This document shows positions 1 to 8,911 of a stretch of DNA of 64,000 nucleotides, in pieces. A program made the translations under genes and the position numbers. The DNA is from an uncultured Actinomycetes bacterium (GTDB taxonomy: Bacteria > Actinomycetota > Thermoleophilia > Solirubrobacterales > 70-9). How positions within the stretch are numbered: the stretch's first letter is position 1; each line of letters opens with the position of its first letter. Below the pieces are notes generated by a model. It was not told the origin of the DNA, ran no database searches, and worked only from the letters and a program-made list of their open reading frames with translations. The stretch is from the NCBI GenBank assembly GCA_963740625.1, contig CAVUEV010000006.1, positions 30,957 to 94,956 of the forward strand, in the 5' to 3' direction.

Positions 1-2
1 AG

Positions 3-629
3 GTCCTGGCGCTGGAGGATTGGCTGCACGCTCCGCTGGGGACCCGGACCCAGCTGACCCTGACCTTCGACGATGGATACGCCTCGTGGCACGAGGCGGT
101 CGCGCCCCTGCTCGAAGAGCGCAACCTCCCAGCCGTCTTCTTCGTGACCTCGGGTCTCGTCGGCCTGCGTGGCGCGGAAGCCCGGAGCTTCGCCCAGGAT
201 CGCCTGCTCCGCAGCCAGGAGCTGGAGTTCATCAGCCGTCGCCAGCTCGAGGAGCTGGCGCGCCAGCCGCTGTTCGAGATTGGGGGCCACACCTCGACCC
301 ATCCCGACCTCGGGCGAATCGGCGACCGCAGCACGATCCGCGAGGAGGTGGCGAGTGGTCGGGCCATGCTGGAGCACTGGCTGGGAACCGAAGTTCGATG
401 GTTTGCCTACCCGTTCGGTACGCCCGACAGCGTGCCCGCGGCCGCGCGAGATGTTGTCGAGGCCGAGGGGATGTCGGCTGCGTTCACGCTGATTCCGGGA
501 TGGTGGAAGCCCGGCGCCGGCGACCGGTTCATGATCGGCAGGGACGGCCCGGATGCAGCAATGCCGTTTGCGACTTGGAAGGCCTGGTTGCGCGGCGGCT
601 ACGACCGGCTTTACTCGCTGCGCTCGTAG
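3..629 (+). CDS. polysaccharide deacetylase (NodB/CE4 family), 5' end outside window
   Basis: Frame is open from the window edge. TLTFDDGY (NodB motif 1) and GGHTSTHPDL His motif are present. Listed ORF 144..629 is its 3' part. Confidence 0.8.
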   Translation, partial: VLALEDWLHAPLGTRTQLTLTFDDGYASWHEAVAPLLEERNLPAVFFVTSGLVGLRGAEARSFAQDRLLRSQELEFISRRQLEELARQPLFEIGGHTSTHPDLGRIGDRSTIREEVASGRAMLEHWLGTEVRWFAYPFGTPDSVPAAARDVVEAEGMSAAFTLIPGWWKPGAGDRFMIGRDGPDAAMPFATWKAWLRGGYDRLYSLRS

Positions 630-1540
630 CCGAGCTCCGCGAGGAGATCGCCGGCGGCCTCGTCGAAGAGGCCGACCTCGGCGGGGCTGAGCTCCTCGCG
701 CCAGCGGCGGTTCATGTCCCGAAGCTCGAACCGCAGGTCGAGGAAGTCGTGCGGGGCGGAGCTCTCGCGCAGTTCGCAGAACGAGAGCAGCCGGTCGAGC
801 ACCGTGTGAGGATCGGCAACGAAGTCCTCGTATCTGACCTCTCGATAGCGGCCGGCGCCGAGAGGCGACGCCTCCTGGCGCGCCGACCGGATCACCGCCC
901 GCCACTCGAGCGCCGCCAGAGCGACGACCGAGTGGCCGTGACGCTCCCAGAGCTCGAGGTCCGCGTCAGTCAAGCCGTCGCGCCAGGCCGGCTCATGCAG
1001 ACGCGCCGTGTCCCTCCAGAACGGAACCCGCAACAGCGATTGCACGACGGCTCGGGGATCGCGAATGATGTGAACGAAGAGCGCATCGTCGAAAACGCTC
1101 GTCAGGTAATCCATGCGTGGCGGCCCTGTGACCTTTGCGGCGAACCGGGGCTTCCCCTGATAGCGCAGGACCTTCGACACGGTTGCCTGGAGCCGATCGC
1201 GTTCTTCGACACTCGCGCTCGTCCCGCTCAGAAAGTCGTTCGTGAACTTCTCGCCCGCATATCTCCTCCAGGCGAAGTAGGCCTCGGACGGGCCAACGCG
1301 CACGTAGTTGGAGAGCCGCCGCGACTGATCGGAGCGCTCGATGCGCCGGCGCATGCGGGGGTCGAGATCGGCGAGCCTGGAGAGCAGGGCAACGGATGGA
1401 AAACGGGAGAGCCGGTTGAAGTACTGGGAGAACCAGGCGAGGTCGGGATGAGCCGCGAAAACCTCGAACATCACCGTGGTGCCGCTGCGCGGCATCCCGA
1501 CGAAGAAGATCGGCTTCTCGATGGCCGGCGCGCGGGCCAC
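611..1540 (-). CDS. sulfotransferase
   Basis: FFVGMPRSGTT (5'-PSB loop) and IIRDPRAVVQS (3'-PB-like motif). Listed ORF runs to 1651, but an in-frame GTG at 1540 overlaps the TAG stop of the upstream gene (TAGTG), so I take 1540 as the start. Confidence 0.75.
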   Translation of the reverse strand: MARAPAIEKPIFFVGMPRSGTTVMFEVFAAHPDLAWFSQYFNRLSRFPSVALLSRLADLDPRMRRRIERSDQSRRLSNYVRVGPSEAYFAWRRYAGEKFTNDFLSGTSASVEERDRLQATVSKVLRYQGKPRFAAKVTGPPRMDYLTSVFDDALFVHIIRDPRAVVQSLLRVPFWRDTARLHEPAWRDGLTDADLELWERHGHSVVALAALEWRAVIRSARQEASPLGAGRYREVRYEDFVADPHTVLDRLLSFCELRESSAPHDFLDLRFELRDMNRRWREELSPAEVGLFDEAAGDLLAELGYERSE

Positions 1541-3024
1541 TAACCGGTCACTCGGATGGTGGCCGGGGCCGAGCTCGTCCCCTTGATGTCCGAGGCCACG
1601 ATCGTCACCCTGGTGGCGCGAGGCGCAAGGGCGGCGACGCGGAGCGACCAAGTCACCCTCAGGTTCCCGGCAGACTCATCGTCCGCCCCGGCCGGAGCGG
1701 AACCGAGGCGCGCGGTTCCGGAGCGACCGCGGTCGTCGTGCCACCGGACCACCCAGACGGCCAGGTTGTCACTGGCCGTTCCCGTGATCATCGAGTGGCT
1801 CGAGTGGCTCACCTTCCGGTTGGCAGCGACCGTCGGGACCACCGAATCCACCATCGCGGGCCTGCTGGCCCGCTTCATGGCGGCGGCGTAGGGCCCGTAG
1901 TCGAAGCTGTGGAGGTTGCCGTAGACGTAGTTGGCGAACTCACCGCCCATGCCCCACTTCCTGAAGGCGAGGAGCTGCCGCTTGACATACCCGGGCGAGC
2001 GGGCGTCGTCGAAGGGCCCCGGGTTTGGGCCGGGATCGATCCAGCTCGATGGGGAGACGGAGACACGAGGTGCCGCGTACTTCCAGTCCGGGATCCGGCG
2101 CGAGAGGAGGCCGGCGAGGCTGCTCGCGTTGTACTGCAGCGCGTGGCCCCAGGATCCGAAATGAGCGCTCTTGTAGAAAGTCGCGTCGAAGAGGCGGGCC
2201 GCGCTGTAGCCCCTCGTGCCGAGCAGCCCTTCCCAGAAGTCGATGTCGAGACGCGACCCGAAGGCGTTCTGGATCCCGTTGACGTGGGCCTGGACCAGGT
2301 CGGACCAGGCCCCCGGAAACTCGACACCGTGGGCAACCACCTCGGCCCGCGGAAAGCCGGCGAGGATCGCGCTCATCAGCTGGTGGCCGCGCTGCCTGGC
2401 CTTGGCCCGGACCTTGGCCTCGGAGTGGGTGTTGCCGGGATAGTCCCAGTCCCACGTGGCGGTGGTCGCCCCCCCTTGCTGGGGGTACAGCTCCTGGTCG
2501 AAGGCAACTCCGGCGAACCCAAGCCGTCTCGCCGCGGCCGCCATGCGTCGGATATCAGGCAGGACGAGCCGCGCCCAGCCGGCACCGTTGAACCAGCCGC
2601 AGAGCGGCGTGGCCGAGTTCCAGTAGTTGGAGAGGTCGGCGCCGAGGTACATCTTCATGCCCCGGGCCTTGGCGCGCCGGACGATCTTCGAGGTACGGAG
2701 AGTCCTTTGGAACCTGTACTTGCCGGCGCTGAGGCTCTTGCGGGTGTTGCCTGTGAAGTCCTGCTTTCCGCCCATCCCTCGAAGGTGCCGTGCCATGCAC
2801 ACGAACCCGTCGACGCCGCGATGCTTCCACCTGTCGAGCTGCGCGTTCGACAGTCTGTCGACCTTGTCGCAGCGAATCCAGAAGAGGAGGGCATCGGCAC
2901 TGTCGTCCCTGGCCCTCGTGGCCGCCGCCGAGCTTGGCGGCGCGGCGGCCGCCAGCAGCGCCATCGCCGCCGCGACGACCAGAACCGTAATTGGCGTGTC
3001 CCTGCCCGGTTTGATCTGGATCAT
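1540..3024 (-). CDS. secreted hypothetical protein (possibly glycan-active; fold not recognised)
   Basis: 494-aa ORF with N-terminal signal peptide (VLVVAAAMALLAAAAPPSSAAA). Its ATG overlaps the stop of the GT4 gene (ATGA at 3021-3024). No diagnostic catalytic motif recognised. Confidence 0.6.
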   Translation of the reverse strand: MIQIKPGRDTPITVLVVAAAMALLAAAAPPSSAAATRARDDSADALLFWIRCDKVDRLSNAQLDRWKHRGVDGFVCMARHLRGMGGKQDFTGNTRKSLSAGKYRFQRTLRTSKIVRRAKARGMKMYLGADLSNYWNSATPLCGWFNGAGWARLVLPDIRRMAAAARRLGFAGVAFDQELYPQQGGATTATWDWDYPGNTHSEAKVRAKARQRGHQLMSAILAGFPRAEVVAHGVEFPGAWSDLVQAHVNGIQNAFGSRLDIDFWEGLLGTRGYSAARLFDATFYKSAHFGSWGHALQYNASSLAGLLSRRIPDWKYAAPRVSVSPSSWIDPGPNPGPFDDARSPGYVKRQLLAFRKWGMGGEFANYVYGNLHSFDYGPYAAAMKRASRPAMVDSVVPTVAANRKVSHSSHSMITGTASDNLAVWVVRWHDDRGRSGTARLGSAPAGADDESAGNLRVTWSLRVAALAPRATRVTIVASDIKGTSSAPATIRVTG

Positions 3025-4148
3025 TGTGAACGGTTGGTCTCTGATACCTCCCCATAGGCCGCGACCGTACGGTCAATCATCGCTTCGAGGGAAAACCTCG
3101 CAATTGCTCGCGCTCGGCCGCGCTCGCCAAGTTGCTTGCGTAGCTGCGGGCTTGTCGCCAGCCTGATCAGGGCCGCCGCGAGCTCATCGACGTCCGCCGG
3201 ATCGACCAGCAGACCGGCCTCATCATCGCCCACGACCTCCGGAAGCGACGCGACAGCCGTCGCGACAACCGGACACGAGGAGGCCATCGCCTCCAGTGCC
3301 GCCAGGCCAAAGCCCTCGCCGAACTCGGGCTGGGTGGGGAAGGCGAGAATGTCGCATGCATTCAGGAAGCTCCTGATATCGGGGACGAATCCCAGGAACC
3401 GGGCGTCCGCGCCGAGGCCCCTCGCTTCGCGCTCGAGACCGGGTCGGAGAGGGCCGTCTCCGGCGATCAGAAGCCGCAGCCGCGGCACCCTGCCCGACGC
3501 CTCCGCATGACCACGGAGGAGAAAGGAGTGGCCCTTGTGCGGCACGAGCCTGGAGGCGACCCCCAGAGCGATGTCGCCGGGCTCGAGCCCCAGCTCCGCC
3601 CGCGCTGAGGCGCGTTCGGAGTCGGACGCCAGCCATTTCGACGCATCGATGCCGTACGGGATAACCCGGATCGACTCGGGCCGGCTCAAACGCACATGCT
3701 CGAGGAATCTCCCCACGTGCTCCGAGATCGCAATCGTCAACGCCGGCCAGCGGCCCGCGATCCGGGCGACGCTTCGGTACGGCTCGCGCTCGTAGAAACC
3801 GTGTGTGCCGTGAACCGAGGAAACGGCGGGCACGCCGGCCAGTCGAGCCGCGAGCTGACCGTGCAGATCGGCGTGAATGAGGTGGGTATGGACGATGTCA
3901 GGTCGGTAAGCCCGAATTTCGCGGCGCACGGCCGCGACGAGGCGCGGATTGAGGTCGAAGCCGGCCGGGGTCGTCGAGTAGGAAACCCCGAGCGCATCCA
4001 AACCGTCGGTGAAGTCCGCCGCCCGGTCGGCGGTGGCAACGCACATCCGCACATCGATACCTGCGTCGGCGAGCCCTGGGAGCAGAGAGAGCAGGTGGCG
4101 CTCCGAGCCACCGATTCCGGCCACCTTCTGAATGTGGAGCACCCTCAT
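3021..4148 (-). CDS. glycosyltransferase family 4 (GT-B)
   Basis: MRVLHIQKVAGIGGSERH N-terminus, C-terminal EGFGLAALEAMASSCPVVAT motif. ATG at 4148 chosen from the homologous N-terminus; the listed ORF extends to 4484. Confidence 0.85.
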   Translation of the reverse strand: MRVLHIQKVAGIGGSERHLLSLLPGLADAGIDVRMCVATADRAADFTDGLDALGVSYSTTPAGFDLNPRLVAAVRREIRAYRPDIVHTHLIHADLHGQLAARLAGVPAVSSVHGTHGFYEREPYRSVARIAGRWPALTIAISEHVGRFLEHVRLSRPESIRVIPYGIDASKWLASDSERASARAELGLEPGDIALGVASRLVPHKGHSFLLRGHAEASGRVPRLRLLIAGDGPLRPGLEREARGLGADARFLGFVPDIRSFLNACDILAFPTQPEFGEGFGLAALEAMASSCPVVATAVASLPEVVGDDEAGLLVDPADVDELAAALIRLATSPQLRKQLGERGRARAIARFSLEAMIDRTVAAYGEVSETNRSQ

Positions 4149-5364
4149 AGGCGTCCAAGTACGATTGCAGGAGGGTTGGGAAGTCCGCTTTGACCACTGT
4201 TCCGCGTGGTCTGACGAGGAATCGACACTGTCACAGAACGAGAGATCCGCGCGTCTGCGAGCCCTTGACGGGAAGATCGATCGCTGGGACCCGGGAGCCA
4301 CTCGGAAGGGGAACGCGGCTACCGGCTCAGCTAGCAAGACACCGAAATCGCCGGCGAAGGACTTGGAGCTGACTGGGCGCCTGTTGGAGCTCCAGACGCT
4401 GGTGCGGGGTTCCGAGGCAGCTTTGAATCGGCGTCTCGTCAAGATCGAGGCGCGGCTGGAAGCGCTGGACGAGTCTCGTGTCAAAGAGGCCGAGGCGGCT
4501 CGCCTCGCCGCCGATGACGCGCGCGCGCGGGGCGAAGAGTTTGAGATCTCGATTCACGACTCGCTCCGCGCGCACGAGGAGAAAACCGAGAAGCGGCTCA
4601 GCGAGGAGGGCGACAAACTCCGCGAGAGCCTGCAAGCGCAGCGCGAGGAGGCCGAGAAGCGCGAGCACGAGGCTACGAAGGCACTGCGTTCGGCCCTCGA
4701 CAAGCGGCTTTCCGAAGCAACCGCAGAGTCCCGAGCGAAGCTCGACGAACGTTTCGCGGAAGGTCTGAAGAAGGAGATCGCCGGGCTGCACGAGGCCGCC
4801 GCCCAGCGGGCCGAGGAGGCCGAGAGGCACCTCGCCGAGGAAGCCGGCAAGCTCCGCGAAAGGCTGCGTGAGGAGCAAGAGAAAGCCGAGGAGCGCGAGC
4901 GCGGGGAGATGGAGAAACTCCGCTCGGCGCTCGAGAAGCGTCTTTCCGAAGCGACCGCACAGTGGCAAGCCAGCCTGACGGACAGCCTCTTGGAAAGCCT
5001 CCAGAAGCAGATCGTCGAGCTGCAAGCGACCGCCGCCGCGGCCGAGGAACACCAGCGCGAAGAACTCGAGACACTCCGTTCGGCGCTTGAGAAGCGGCTT
5101 TCCGAAGCGACCGCACAGTCGCAAGCCAGCCTGAAGGAAGGTCTCTCGGAGGGCCTCGAGGAGCAGATCGCCGAGCTGCAAGTGGCTGCGGCGCAGCAAG
5201 CCGACGAGGCCGAACAGCGCCTCGCCGACGAAGCCAGCAAGCTCCGCGAAAGGCTGCGTGGGGAGCAGGAGAAGGGTCTAGTGAACGCGGAGAGGCAGCT
5301 TTCCGACCGCGCGCGCCGACGGTTCCCCCGGCCAGGGCGCCGGACACCTGGAGAACGGGACTGA
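4132..5364 (+). CDS. coiled-coil repeat protein (shorter paralog of 5543..7738)
   Basis: E/A/R/L/K-rich heptad-like sequence with internal repeats (LRSALEKRLSEATAQ x3). N-terminus LSQNERSARLRALDGKIDRW matches LSQYERAARLRALDGKISRW of the next gene. Start uncertain: ATG 4132 would overlap the divergent GT4 start, and TTG 4165 is an alternative. Confidence 0.6.
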   Translation: MWSTLIGVQVRLQEGWEVRFDHCSAWSDEESTLSQNERSARLRALDGKIDRWDPGATRKGNAATGSASKTPKSPAKDLELTGRLLELQTLVRGSEAALNRRLVKIEARLEALDESRVKEAEAARLAADDARARGEEFEISIHDSLRAHEEKTEKRLSEEGDKLRESLQAQREEAEKREHEATKALRSALDKRLSEATAESRAKLDERFAEGLKKEIAGLHEAAAQRAEEAERHLAEEAGKLRERLREEQEKAEERERGEMEKLRSALEKRLSEATAQWQASLTDSLLESLQKQIVELQATAAAAEEHQREELETLRSALEKRLSEATAQSQASLKEGLSEGLEEQIAELQVAAAQQADEAEQRLADEASKLRERLRGEQEKGLVNAERQLSDRARRRFPRPGRRTPGERD

Positions 5365-5402
5365 AAGGCCCTTCCCGGCGTGGCCCCAAGCCGAGCGACG
5401 GA

Positions 5403-5495
5403 CTAACCGGCATCGCCGAGCGCCGGGAGAGTGACAAGAGGTGTCGTTCCGGAGCCGCAGATGCCGGCGACCTTCTGAATGTGCAGCACTCTAAA
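5403..5495 (-). pseudogene. relic of the 5' end of a GT4 glycosyltransferase gene
   Basis: Translates FRVLHIQKVAGICGSG..LPALGDAG* versus MRVLHIQKVAGIGGSE..LPGLADAG of the gene at 3021..4148. The ATG position reads TTT and a stop follows after about 30 codons. Flanking DNA is also homologous. Confidence 0.6.
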
Positions 5496-5542
5496 AGCGT
5501 GCCGAGTACGATTCCAGGACGGTTGAGAAGCCCGCTTGGACG

Positions 5543-7738
5543 ATGCTCCCAAGCGGTTCCCGAAGGTGGTCTCCACTGTCACAGTACGAGAGAGCCGCAC
5601 GCCTCCGCGCCCTTGACGGAAAGATCAGTCGCTGGAACCCGCCGGTCGCCCCTGGAGCAGATCCGGAGGGAAATGATGTGCGCCCGTCAACAGCCGGGGC
5701 GGAAGTTGAAGCGTCGACGACGGACGAGTCGGATCTCGCCGAGGGTTTCCAGGCGCTAGAGGCGCGCGTTGAGGCGTCCAAAGCGACACTGAATCGGCGC
5801 CTTGTCAAGGTGGAGGCGCGTCTGGAGGCTCTGGGCGAAGCGAGCGCGGCGCAAGTCGAAGCATCCCGGCTCGCAGCCGAAGAATCACATGAGCGGCTCG
5901 AAAGCACGGAGGCTGCGATTCGCGACGCGCTCCGCACACAGCAGGAAGAAGCCGAGCAGGCCAGGGCAAGGCTCGAGGAAGAGGCTGGAAAGGCCAGGGA
6001 ACGGCTGGAGCAGGACCTTTCAGAAGGGCTCGAGCGACAGATGGCCAAGCTTCAGAGCGCCGCCGCGGAGCATGCGGAAGAGGCCGGGAAGCGAAAGCTC
6101 GAGGGACTCGAGGCGCAACGGGCGAAGATCGAGCGCCAGCTCTCCGACGCGGCCGAGAAGGCCAAGCGAGGAATCGACCAGAGCCTCTCAGAACGGCTCG
6201 AGCGCCAGATCGCCCAGCTTCAGAGCGCCGCCGAAGAGCAAGTCGAGGAGGCCGAGAAGCGCCTCGCCGAGGCGGAGAGCAAGGCGGAAGAGGGGATTCG
6301 TGCGAAGCGCGAAGAGGCCGAGAAGCGGAGGCTCGAGCAACTCGAGGCGCAACGGTTGGAGATCGAGCGACAGCTCTCCGAGGCGACCGAGAAGGGCAAG
6401 CAGGGACTCGACCAGAGCTTCGCGGAAGGGCTCGAGCGGCAGATGGCCCAGCTTCAGAGCGCCGCCGCCGAGCACGCGGAAGAGGCCGGGCAGCAGAGGC
6501 TCGAGGGACTCGAGGCGCAACGGGCGGAGATCGAGCGCCAGCTCTCCGAGGCGGCCGAGAAGGCCAAGCAAGGACTCGACCAGAGCTTCTCGGAAGGGCT
6601 CGAGCGGCAGATCGCCCAGCTTCAGAGCGCCGCCGAGGAGCAAGTCGAAGAGGCGGAGAAGCGGAGGCTCGAGCAACTCGAGGCGCAACGGTTGGAGATC
6701 GAGCGACAGCTCTCCGAGGCGACCGAGAAGGGCAAGCAGGGACTCGACCAGAGCTTCGCGGAAGGGCTCGAGCGCCAGATCGCCCAGCTTCAGAGCGCCG
6801 CCGCCGAGCACGCGGAAGAGGCCGGGCAGCAGAGGCTCGAGCAACTCGAGGCGCAACGGGCGGAGATCGAGCGCCAGCTTGCCGAGGCCAAGCGAGGAAT
6901 CGACCAGAGCCTCTCAGAACGGCTCGAGCGCCAGATCGCCCAGCTTCAGAGCGCCGCCGAAGAGCAAGTCGAGGAGGCCGAGAAGCGCCTCGCCGAGGCG
7001 GAGAGCAAGGCGGAAGAGGGGATTCGTGCGAAGCGCGACGAGGCCGAGAGGCGAAAGCTCGAGGGACTCGAGGCGCAACGGGCGGAGATCGAGCGCCAGC
7101 TCGCCGAGGCGGCCGAGAAGGCCAAGCAGGGACTCGACCAGAGCTTCTCGGAAGGGCTCGAGCGGCAGTTGGCCCAGCTTCAGAGCGCCGCCGAAGAGCA
7201 AGTCGAGGAGGCCGAGAAGCGCCTCGCCGAGGCCAGTGACCGAGCAGCCGAGCAACTTCTCGCCGCAGCCGGCCCAGGTCGTTTGGCCGAGCTTGAGCAG
7301 CGCTTCGGCGAGGAATCGAAGCGGCTCCTACAGGCGACCGAGGCGCGCATGGATCGCGCGATTGAATTCGAGAAAGCCGCCGCCCGGCGCGCCGACGAGG
7401 CGGAGGAGAGTCTTACCGAGGTGGAGAAGCGGCTCTCCGACCTGGCCGACCGCGACGCTTTACCGGCAGCGACCGAGCAGTACAGGCCGGCAAAGCCGCG
7501 GGCGGCAGCGGCGCCGAAGCCTGGGGTCATCGTGGAGCTCAACCAGGCGACCTTCGAGCAGCTTCGTGGGCTGGGGCTTTCGCGAACGCAGGCCAGGCGT
7601 TTGATCGGCGAGCGGAACGCTCGCGGCGGTTTTGCGTCCCTGGAGGACCTCGACCCCCTTCCGGGCTTTCCGAAGGATCAGCTTGCGGACCTGAAGCGGA
7701 GCACTCGGGTCGAGCCTCGAGAGGGCGCCGAGGACTAG
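5543..7738 (+). CDS. long coiled-coil repeat protein with C-terminal helix-hairpin-helix (ComEA-like) domain
   Basis: 731-aa ORF with about seven tandem 56-aa units. C-terminus LNQATFEQLRGLGLSRTQARRLIGERNARGGFASLEDLDPLPGF matches the HhH pattern of ComEA-type DNA-binding domains. Confidence 0.75.
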   Translation: MLPSGSRRWSPLSQYERAARLRALDGKISRWNPPVAPGADPEGNDVRPSTAGAEVEASTTDESDLAEGFQALEARVEASKATLNRRLVKVEARLEALGEASAAQVEASRLAAEESHERLESTEAAIRDALRTQQEEAEQARARLEEEAGKARERLEQDLSEGLERQMAKLQSAAAEHAEEAGKRKLEGLEAQRAKIERQLSDAAEKAKRGIDQSLSERLERQIAQLQSAAEEQVEEAEKRLAEAESKAEEGIRAKREEAEKRRLEQLEAQRLEIERQLSEATEKGKQGLDQSFAEGLERQMAQLQSAAAEHAEEAGQQRLEGLEAQRAEIERQLSEAAEKAKQGLDQSFSEGLERQIAQLQSAAEEQVEEAEKRRLEQLEAQRLEIERQLSEATEKGKQGLDQSFAEGLERQIAQLQSAAAEHAEEAGQQRLEQLEAQRAEIERQLAEAKRGIDQSLSERLERQIAQLQSAAEEQVEEAEKRLAEAESKAEEGIRAKRDEAERRKLEGLEAQRAEIERQLAEAAEKAKQGLDQSFSEGLERQLAQLQSAAEEQVEEAEKRLAEASDRAAEQLLAAAGPGRLAELEQRFGEESKRLLQATEARMDRAIEFEKAAARRADEAEESLTEVEKRLSDLADRDALPAATEQYRPAKPRAAAAPKPGVIVELNQATFEQLRGLGLSRTQARRLIGERNARGGFASLEDLDPLPGFPKDQLADLKRSTRVEPREGAED
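6026..7235 (+). repeat. in-frame tandem repeat, 168-nt unit, about 7 copies
   Basis: Unit GLERQ(I/M)AQLQSAA(A/E)E..EEA....LE.LEAQR.EIERQLSEA.EK.KQGLDQSF.E recurs at the nucleotide level. Two copies carry a 22-aa insertion (KRLAEAESKAEEGIRAKR.EAE). Confidence 0.8.
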
Positions 7739-8859
7739 CGCCGAAGCGCCCGCAGGTGGTCACGTAGGCCGACGCCGTAGTTGGTCGGCTTGCCTCCGTA
7801 GTTCTCGATCAGGGCCGGGCCGCCGTCGCAGGTCCAGGATCCGGGCCGCACCGCGTCCCACGTCCAGCCGAGGTAGGAGACGCCGTGGCGGTCGGCCCAG
7901 CTCATGTAGGCGTCGGAGTAGTCGTGGTTGCAGTCGGTGTCGCCGAACTCGCCGGTGACGATCGGGACCTTGCGGGCGAGCGGGGCGAGGACCTGCCGTC
8001 GGCAGGCGGGGTCGCAGCCGCCGAGCGGCGCCTCGTAGGTGTGCAGGGAGGCCGCCAGGCGGTGCAAGGGGTCGCGCGGGCGGTAGCGCATCCACTTCGA
8101 GAGGTTGGAGGTGAAGTCGAGCCCGGGAGCCATGATCACGTTGCGGGCGCCCGCCCCGCGGATGACGTGGACGAGCTGCTGGGTCCCGGCCGAGCGGTAG
8201 TGGGGGACGTCGGAGCTGTAGCCGTCGTGGGTGATCTCGCAGCCGTCGCGAAGGCATTTCCAGCCGACGTCGTTGGGCTCGTTGTAGAGATCGAAGAGGA
8301 CCGCGCGGTCGTGGCCGAAGCGGCGCGCGACGGAGCGCCAGAAGTCCGGGGCGTGGCCGGCGTCGGGCACGGGGCGCAGGCCGTTGGTGGCGCTGGACGC
8401 CGGGTAGTGGCCAGGGTCGGCGACGTGCAGGTCGAGGATCGGGTGGATGCCGGCGCGCTTGAGGCGGCGGACGAAGGTCGCGACCTTGCGCCGGTAGGCG
8501 CGCCCGCCCCACTGGCGAGTGACGCCGTTGATGCGCAACCAGCATGCCTCGTTGAGGGGGAGGCGGACGGCGTTGACGCGCCAGGCGCGGATCGCGGCGA
8601 TCAGCCTTGCCGAGTCGGGATGGGTGTAGTCGGGTGAGTCGGTGAAGCCGTAGCCGCCCGAGCACGCGTACTCGGTGCCGGAGCGGTCGACGCCGCGAAG
8701 GACGACGCGGTGGCCGCTCGGAGAGGCGAGGTGGTTGCCGCGGACGGTGACCGGGCCGGCGGCCGCGGACCGCGCAGGCGCTGTGGCGCCGACCGTAAGG
8801 GCGACGACGCCCAAGACACACGCTTTCCCCACCCGCGACCCGATTTGTCCCACAACCAA
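7735..8859 (-). CDS. glycoside hydrolase family 5 (cellulase-like), secreted
   Basis: Signal peptide, NAVRLPLNE, LFDLYNEPN (acid/base Glu) and TGEFGD (nucleophile Glu) motifs. GTG at 8853 or 8832 are alternative starts. Paralog at 44748..45965. Confidence 0.85.
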   Translation of the reverse strand: MVVGQIGSRVGKACVLGVVALTVGATAPARSAAAGPVTVRGNHLASPSGHRVVLRGVDRSGTEYACSGGYGFTDSPDYTHPDSARLIAAIRAWRVNAVRLPLNEACWLRINGVTRQWGGRAYRRKVATFVRRLKRAGIHPILDLHVADPGHYPASSATNGLRPVPDAGHAPDFWRSVARRFGHDRAVLFDLYNEPNDVGWKCLRDGCEITHDGYSSDVPHYRSAGTQQLVHVIRGAGARNVIMAPGLDFTSNLSKWMRYRPRDPLHRLAASLHTYEAPLGGCDPACRRQVLAPLARKVPIVTGEFGDTDCNHDYSDAYMSWADRHGVSYLGWTWDAVRPGSWTCDGGPALIENYGGKPTNYGVGLRDHLRALRR

Positions 8860-8911
8860 GCGGATTCCGCGAGTCTACAACCCGGTTTCCCGCCGCTACG
8901 TCTGCGAACAT

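Noticed and set aside
6026-7235. Regular tandem repeats that could be mistaken for a CRISPR array or satellite
   Set aside because: Units are 168 nt, contiguous without unique spacers, in frame, and encode a coiled-coil protein. No cas genes are nearby.
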